DNA from: Actinomycetota bacterium
Lineage (GTDB): Bacteria; Actinomycetota; Thermoleophilia; Gaiellales; Gaiellaceae
Length of the DNA: 30,960 bases
Assembly: GCA_046731795.1 (NCBI GenBank)
Contig: JBKPLV010000262.1
Span: 1 to 30,960 of the forward strand
Reading direction: 5' to 3'
In this document: positions 26,016-30,960 of the stretch, piece by piece
How positions within the stretch are numbered: the first letter of the stretch is position 1
Layout: each line of letters opens with the position of its first letter
Translations under genes and position numbers: made by a program
The notes under the pieces: generated by a model
Told to the model about the DNA's origin: nothing
Databases searched by the model: none
What the model saw: the letters and a program-made list of their open reading frames with translations, nothing else

Positions 26016-27032
26016 ATGAGCGAGACCGCTGAGCAGCCTCGGCCGACGCCGGAGCAGGCGCAGGAGCAGATCGAGCAGGCCCTGTTCGAGATCCGGAGGA
26101 TCATCGCCGGCCAGGACGCGATGCTCGAGCGTGTGATCGTCTGCCTGCTGGCGCAGGGACACCTCCTCATCGAGGGCGTGCCCGGGCTGGCGAAGACGCT
26201 GACGATCAAGAGTACCGCCGGCGTCCTCGGCGGGTCGTTCGCGCGCGTGCAGTTCACGCCCGACCTCGTTCCTTCCGACCTCGTCGGCACGCGGATCTAC
26301 CGCCCCCAGGCGGGGACGTTCGACACCGAGCTCGGCCCCGTGTTCTGCAACTTCCTGCTCGCCGACGAGATCAACCGCGCGCCGGCGAAGGTGCAGTCCG
26401 CGCTGCTCGAGGTGATGCAGGAGCGGCAGGTGACGATCGGGCACGAGACGCACCTCGTGCCGTCGCCGTTTCTCGTGATGGCGACCCAGAACCCGATCGA
26501 GTCCGAGGGGACGTACCCGCTGCCCGAGGCGCAGATCGACCGCTTCCTGCTGAAGGTGCTCATCGGCTACCCGCAACACGACGAGGAGCTGACGGTCGTC
26601 CAGCGTCAGCTCGTCGACCACCCCGAGTTGAAGCAGGTGCTCTCGCTGGAGGATCTCGAGGCGCTCCAGCGGGCCGTCTTCGACATCTACGTCGATCCCT
26701 CGCTCGTGAGCTACGCCGTCGACATAGCGACGGCGACGCGCGACCCGGCCGCGCACGGGCTGTCCGAGCTCGCGCCGTACATCTCCTACGGGGCGAGCCC
26801 GAGAGGGCCGATCAGCCTCGTGCAGGGCGCCCGGGCGCTCGCGCTGATCCGCGGGCGCGAGTACGCAGTGGTCGACGATCTGCAGTCGCTCACGCGCGAC
26901 GCGTTGCGCCACCGGCTCGTGCTCTCGTACCAGGCCCTCGCGGAGGAGGTGACCCCGGACTCGATCCTCGACCAGGTGCTCGCCGCGATCCCGACGCCAC
27001 AGATCGACCTCGCGCGGGCCAGCGCGGCATGA
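26016..27032 (+). CDS. moxR: MoxR family AAA+ ATPase
   Basis: GVPGLAKT, QFTPDL.PSD..G, LLADEINRAPAKVQSALLE.MQE and ATQNPIESEGTYPLPEAQIDRF. Confidence 0.96.
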   Translation: MSETAEQPRPTPEQAQEQIEQALFEIRRIIAGQDAMLERVIVCLLAQGHLLIEGVPGLAKTLTIKSTAGVLGGSFARVQFTPDLVPSDLVGTRIYRPQAGTFDTELGPVFCNFLLADEINRAPAKVQSALLEVMQERQVTIGHETHLVPSPFLVMATQNPIESEGTYPLPEAQIDRFLLKVLIGYPQHDEELTVVQRQLVDHPELKQVLSLEDLEALQRAVFDIYVDPSLVSYAVDIATATRDPAAHGLSELAPYISYGASPRGPISLVQGARALALIRGREYAVVDDLQSLTRDALRHRLVLSYQALAEEVTPDSILDQVLAAIPTPQIDLARASAA

Positions 27033-27039
27033 CGATGCC

Positions 27040-27969
27040 ATGAGGAGCGTTGGCACGCTGCTCTCGCGGCCGACCCCGGAGCGGCCGGGGCCGGGCCCGA
27101 TGGCCGAGGGGCTCCTGCGCGCCCTCGACATCTCGATCGGTCGGCGGGTGGAGGGGCTGCTCGCCGGCGACTTCCGTTCGAATCTCCTCGGAGCGGGTAC
27201 CGAGCTGGCGATGGTGCGCCCGTACGTGCCCGGCGACGACGTCCGGCGCATCGACTGGGCGGTGACGGCCCGCACGAACGAGCCTCATGTGCGCGTCGAC
27301 CTTGCGGAACGCGTTCTCGTGACCTGGCTCGTCCTCGACGCGTCCGTCTCCATGCAGTTCGGCACAGCCGATCGTCGCAAGGCGGACGTCTCAGAAGGCG
27401 TGGCAGTTGCGATCGGACACCTTGCGACGCGTCGCGGTAACCGGCTCGGAGTGGTGTCGTTCGGGGGCGCCGAGTCGAAGGCGTTGCCGCCGCGGCAGGG
27501 CCGCGCCGGGCTCGTCGGCCTGCTCGCCGCGCTTCGCAGCGAGGCGCCGCCGGAGGGGCCGGGGTCGACGACGCTCGGCGCCGCGCTCCGAAGGACCGGG
27601 GCGCTCGCGCGTCAACGTTCGCTCGTTGTCGTCGTGTCCGACTACCGCGGCGACCGCGAGTGGCAGCGGCCGCTGCTCGAGCTCGCAGGACATCACGACG
27701 TGGTTGCTGTCGAGGTCCGCGATCCGCGCGAGGAGGAGCTGACCGACGTCGGCCTCCTCTATCTCGTGGATCCCGAGACGGGAAGGCAGCTTCGCGTCGA
27801 CACCCGCAGCCGCCGCCTGCGCGAGCGCTTCGCCGTGGCCGCTGCTGCCGAGCGCGCCGAGCTCGCTCGAGTGCTCGCGTCGGCCGGAGCACGGCACGTC
27901 GTCCTCACGACCGAAGGAGACTGGCTGCGTCCGCTCGTCACCTTCCTGCGCCGGAGCCGGGCGGCGTGA
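27040..27969 (+). CDS. DUF58 domain (VWA-like) protein
   Basis: G..RS...G.G.E....R.Y.PGDD.RRIDW..TAR, LDASVSM and SDY motifs. Confidence 0.92.
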   Translation: MRSVGTLLSRPTPERPGPGPMAEGLLRALDISIGRRVEGLLAGDFRSNLLGAGTELAMVRPYVPGDDVRRIDWAVTARTNEPHVRVDLAERVLVTWLVLDASVSMQFGTADRRKADVSEGVAVAIGHLATRRGNRLGVVSFGGAESKALPPRQGRAGLVGLLAALRSEAPPEGPGSTTLGAALRRTGALARQRSLVVVVSDYRGDREWQRPLLELAGHHDVVAVEVRDPREEELTDVGLLYLVDPETGRQLRVDTRSRRLRERFAVAAAAERAELARVLASAGARHVVLTTEGDWLRPLVTFLRRSRAA

Positions 27970-28925
27970 GGTTCGACTGGCCGCTCGCCCTCGTCGGGCT
28001 CGCGCTGCTGCCGGTGCTGGTCGCCCTCTACGTCGATCGGGACCGGCGACGCGTCGCGTCCCAATCCTCGTTCGGGAACCCGGACCTCATTCCGAACGTC
28101 GTCGATCGCAGCCCTGGCCGGCTCCGGTATCTGCCGCCGATGACGCTTCTCGTCGCGCTCGTCTTCCTGATCATCGGAGTGGCTCGGCCACATGCCACCG
28201 TGAAGGTCCAGCGCGAGGAGGCGACCATCATCCTCGCGATGGACGTCTCGCGTTCGATGAAGGCGAACGACGTCCAGCCGACGCGGCTCGACGCGGCTCG
28301 TGTCGCCGCGAAGACCTTCCTCGACCAGGTGCCCGACAAGTTCCAGGTCGGCGTCGTCTCGTTCGCCACCCGCGCGGCCGTCGGCGTTGCGCCGACCGAG
28401 GACCGCAGCCTGGTGACCGCCGCGCTCGACACGCTCAAGCCGGGCGAGGGGACCGCGATCGGTGACGCCGTTGCGTTGTCGGTGCGTGTGGGGCAGCCTC
28501 GGGGCGAGGGCGTCGAGGTGCCGCCACGCGCGGTCGTGCTCATCTCGGACGGCGCCCAGGACGGAGGTCGGATCAACCCCGTGCAGGCAGCACAGGAGGC
28601 GAAGCGGCAAGGCGTTCCCATTTACACGGTGCTCGTGGGCACGCCGGACGGCGTCGTCCAGGAGGCCCTTCCGGGCGGCCTCCGCCGGATCATCCACGTG
28701 CCGCCGAGCCCGCAGACGCTGCAGCAGGTGGCGCGGGACTCCGGCGGCCAGTTCTTCACGGCTCTCGACGCAGAGCAGCTGAGCAAGGTCTACGAGGACC
28801 TCGGCTCGCGGCTGGGAACGCGAGACGAGGATCGTGAGATCACCGACGTGTTCGCGGCGCTCGCCGCCGGTCTCCTGCTGGTCAGCGGCCTGACCTCCGC
28901 GTTCCTGCTCCGGGGTGTGGCGTGA
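27966..28925 (+). CDS. VWA domain membrane protein (BatA-like) 1
   Basis: N-terminal TM with ARP, MIDAS DVSRS / GTAIGDA / ISDG, C-terminal TM; GTGA overlap. Confidence 0.92.
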   Translation: MRFDWPLALVGLALLPVLVALYVDRDRRRVASQSSFGNPDLIPNVVDRSPGRLRYLPPMTLLVALVFLIIGVARPHATVKVQREEATIILAMDVSRSMKANDVQPTRLDAARVAAKTFLDQVPDKFQVGVVSFATRAAVGVAPTEDRSLVTAALDTLKPGEGTAIGDAVALSVRVGQPRGEGVEVPPRAVVLISDGAQDGGRINPVQAAQEAKRQGVPIYTVLVGTPDGVVQEALPGGLRRIIHVPPSPQTLQQVARDSGGQFFTALDAEQLSKVYEDLGSRLGTRDEDREITDVFAALAAGLLLVSGLTSAFLLRGVA

Positions 28926-29638
28926 GACGCGTCCGCCTCCTTCTCGTAGCCGCGGGCGCGCTTGTCGCGCTGACGGCCGGAGCTTCCGGGGCCGGGGCGG
29001 CGAACGAGTGCGACGGGCTGCAGATCTGCGTCTCGGTCCCCGGGCCGTGGGTGATGGTGCCCGCCCGCGCCGGTACCTCGCGGGAGCGCGTCGAGTACCA
29101 GCTCGACTGCCCGAAGGGTCACGTGGTGGGAGGACTCGACGCGCGTCTCAGCGTGCGACCGATCGACGTCTCCTTCCTCGGGCGGCTCGGCAGTCCCGTG
29201 AATCCCGGGATCACGACGACGCGCTCGGCCGTCTTCGTCGGGACCTACGTCGGTAGATCCGACCGCGCGCCCACGTTCAAGCCGTTCCTCGGCTGCATGC
29301 CAGTGGCGGGCGGAGGGTCGCGCGTCCCCACGTCCGCCGCCTCGACGCAGACGTTCCGTCCGGGCGAGCCCATGACGAGGCGCGTGCGCACGGTCCGTGT
29401 TCGACCCGGCTCGACCACGGTCGTACAGCGCTGCGCGGCGGGCGAGCGGCTCGTCGGCGGCTCGCACGCGTTCGCGTTCGCGACCCGTACGCCGCCGAGC
29501 GCGAGCCTCGTCTCCGGCGTCTCGGGCTCGCAGACGAGCGCTGAACGCAGCATTACGGTGCGCGTACGGGGTGATGCGGAGCTCGCTGGCGTACGCGCCT
29601 TCGTCCAGGTCCACGCGCTCTGCTCGAGGTCGGCATGA
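28922..29638 (+). CDS. Secreted Cys-rich hypothetical protein
   Basis: Signal peptide RVRLLLVAAGALVALTAGASGAGA; six Cys; two C-x2-G-x3/4-GG repeats; overlaps both neighbours by 4 nt. Confidence 0.8.
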   Translation: MRRVRLLLVAAGALVALTAGASGAGAANECDGLQICVSVPGPWVMVPARAGTSRERVEYQLDCPKGHVVGGLDARLSVRPIDVSFLGRLGSPVNPGITTTRSAVFVGTYVGRSDRAPTFKPFLGCMPVAGGGSRVPTSAASTQTFRPGEPMTRRVRTVRVRPGSTTVVQRCAAGERLVGGSHAFAFATRTPPSASLVSGVSGSQTSAERSITVRVRGDAELAGVRAFVQVHALCSRSA

Positions 29639-30726
29639 GCAGCGTGACGAGCCTGAGCTTCAAGAGCCCCTGGCTACTGCTGGGCCTGCTCGTCCTGGCG
29701 GCCGCGATCGGCCTCTGGCTCCTCGCGGAGCGCCGGCGCGCGCGCTACACCGTGCGCTACACGAACCTCGAGGTTCTCGCGAGCGTCGTCTCGGGGCGCT
29801 GGTGGCTGCGCTACGTCCCGACGGGCCTGGTGGCGCTCGGGCTCGCCGTGTTGCTGGTGGGCATCGCGCGTCCCGAGGTCGACCGCACGCTGCTCAAGGA
29901 CCGCGCCACCGTGATCCTCGTCGTCGACACCTCGCGCTCGATGCAGGCGCGGGACGTCGCGCCGACCCGGCTCGGAGCTGCGCAGGAGGCGCTCCGGACG
30001 TTCCTCGACGAGGCCCCCCACGACCTGAATGTCGGGCTCGTCGTCTTCGCCGGGGAGGCGCAGGTGGCGACCCCGCCCACGAAGGACCACGAGCTCGCGC
30101 GCACCGCGATCGACGAGATCGACCAGTTCCTCGTGTACGGCGGGACCGCGATCGGCGACGCGCTGCAGACGGCCGTGCTCCTCGGCCGACAGGTGACGGA
30201 TCTCGCGCCGTCCGACCAGGGAAGCATCACGATGCCGGCGAGCGACCACTCGACGCGCACGCTCGCGCAGGCGGCCGCGCCACCGGACTGCGGCGACGAG
30301 AAGAGCCCGGTGTCGATCCTCTTTTTGTCCGACGGCGCGCAGACGCGCGGGCTGCTCCAGCCGCTCGAGGGCGCGAAGCTCGCCCGCGCCGCCTGCTTCC
30401 CCGTGTACACGATCGCGCTCGGAACGCCCGAGGGCGTGATCGAGCGCGGGCCGTTCGGCGGGATTCCCGGCGCGCCCCAGGACGGCCAGACCATCCCCGT
30501 TCCGCCGGACCCGGACACGCTTCGTCAGATCGCGAAGACAACCGGTGGCGAGTTCTCGGAGGCGCGAACCTCCGACGCCCTCGAGCGCGCCTACGCCAAC
30601 CTCGGCTCCCGTCTCGGACGCGAGCGCGGGGAGAGCGAGATCACGTGGCTCTTCGTCGCGATCGGCGGCCTGCTGCTCCTTGTCGCGACCGCGGTCGGGA
30701 CCTTCGTCTCGCCGCGCCTGCCGTAG
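29635..30726 (+). CDS. VWA domain membrane protein (BatA/BatB-like) 2
   Basis: N-terminal TM, ARP, MIDAS DTSRS / GTAIGDA / LSDG, C-terminal TM; ATGA overlap. Confidence 0.92.
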   Translation: MSSVTSLSFKSPWLLLGLLVLAAAIGLWLLAERRRARYTVRYTNLEVLASVVSGRWWLRYVPTGLVALGLAVLLVGIARPEVDRTLLKDRATVILVVDTSRSMQARDVAPTRLGAAQEALRTFLDEAPHDLNVGLVVFAGEAQVATPPTKDHELARTAIDEIDQFLVYGGTAIGDALQTAVLLGRQVTDLAPSDQGSITMPASDHSTRTLAQAAAPPDCGDEKSPVSILFLSDGAQTRGLLQPLEGAKLARAACFPVYTIALGTPEGVIERGPFGGIPGAPQDGQTIPVPPDPDTLRQIAKTTGGEFSEARTSDALERAYANLGSRLGRERGESEITWLFVAIGGLLLLVATAVGTFVSPRLP

Positions 30727-30729
30727 CTA

Positions 30730-30960
30730 CTACACGACCACGATCGTGAAGGGCAGGTCCGCCCGGTCGTCACGACCGGCGGGGTGCAGCGCGACTGAGA
30801 AGATGCCGTTCGGCCCCGTCTGCACGGTCGCGACTGCGTCGTTCGCCGCGCTGGCGACCGCGCTCGCGCCGGAGATGCCGACGAAGCGCACCTCGAACGT
30901 GCCGGTCTGCACGCGACGCGCCTGGACCGCTCGTCCGGTGCAGTTGAACTTGCGTCCGAA
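30730..30960 (-). CDS. Hypothetical protein, C-terminal part (truncated by window edge)
   Basis: Frame open to the window end: FGRKFNCTGRAVQARRVQTGTFEVRF...DLPFTIVVV; beta-rich and coding-like. Confidence 0.6.
   Translation of the reverse strand, partial: FGRKFNCTGRAVQARRVQTGTFEVRFVGISGASAVASAANDAVATVQTGPNGIFSVALHPAGRDDRADLPFTIVVV

Noticed and set aside
25167-27275. 702-aa antisense ORF
   Set aside because: Antisense shadow of the dioxygenase and moxR genes; no protein motifs.
1-30960. CRISPR array, integron attC array, IS or prophage genes, defence systems
   Set aside because: No regularly spaced direct repeats, no repeated intergenic element, and no integrase, transposase, phage or recognisable defence protein was found by eye.

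Overview
High-GC actinobacterial DNA; gene content and many leaderless-type starts suggest Thermoleophilia/Gaiellales, which is an inference. About 30 CDS are supported, with no CRISPR array, rRNA, intact tRNA, integrase or transposase. Left to right: (i) secreted/cell-wall genes ending at a 26-nt relic of the tmRNA (ssrA) 3' end that sits inside a perfect hairpin; (ii) a ~9 kb phosphate/lipid-phosphate cluster (PhoD, two PAP2, DAG kinase, DUF1206, PLD, CYTH-CHAD) with SigB/SigF-like promoters; (iii) two convergent gene remnants (acyl-CoA synthetase C-terminus and H-NOX C-terminus); (iv) a secreted amidase, an Ig-like repeat protein, a GNAT, a frameshifted secreted protein, a nucleotidyltransferase, a cupin and an MFS transporter; (v) a consensus promoter with a palindromic operator ahead of an NrtR-like Nudix regulator coupled to three tandem Zn-free MDR oxidoreductases; (vi) cupin, GNAT and thioesterase genes; (vii) a Tat-exported intradiol-dioxygenase-like gene with an MprA-type box, followed by a MoxR-DUF58-VWA-secreted protein-VWA operon. 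All calls come from visual motif recognition; no database search was run.
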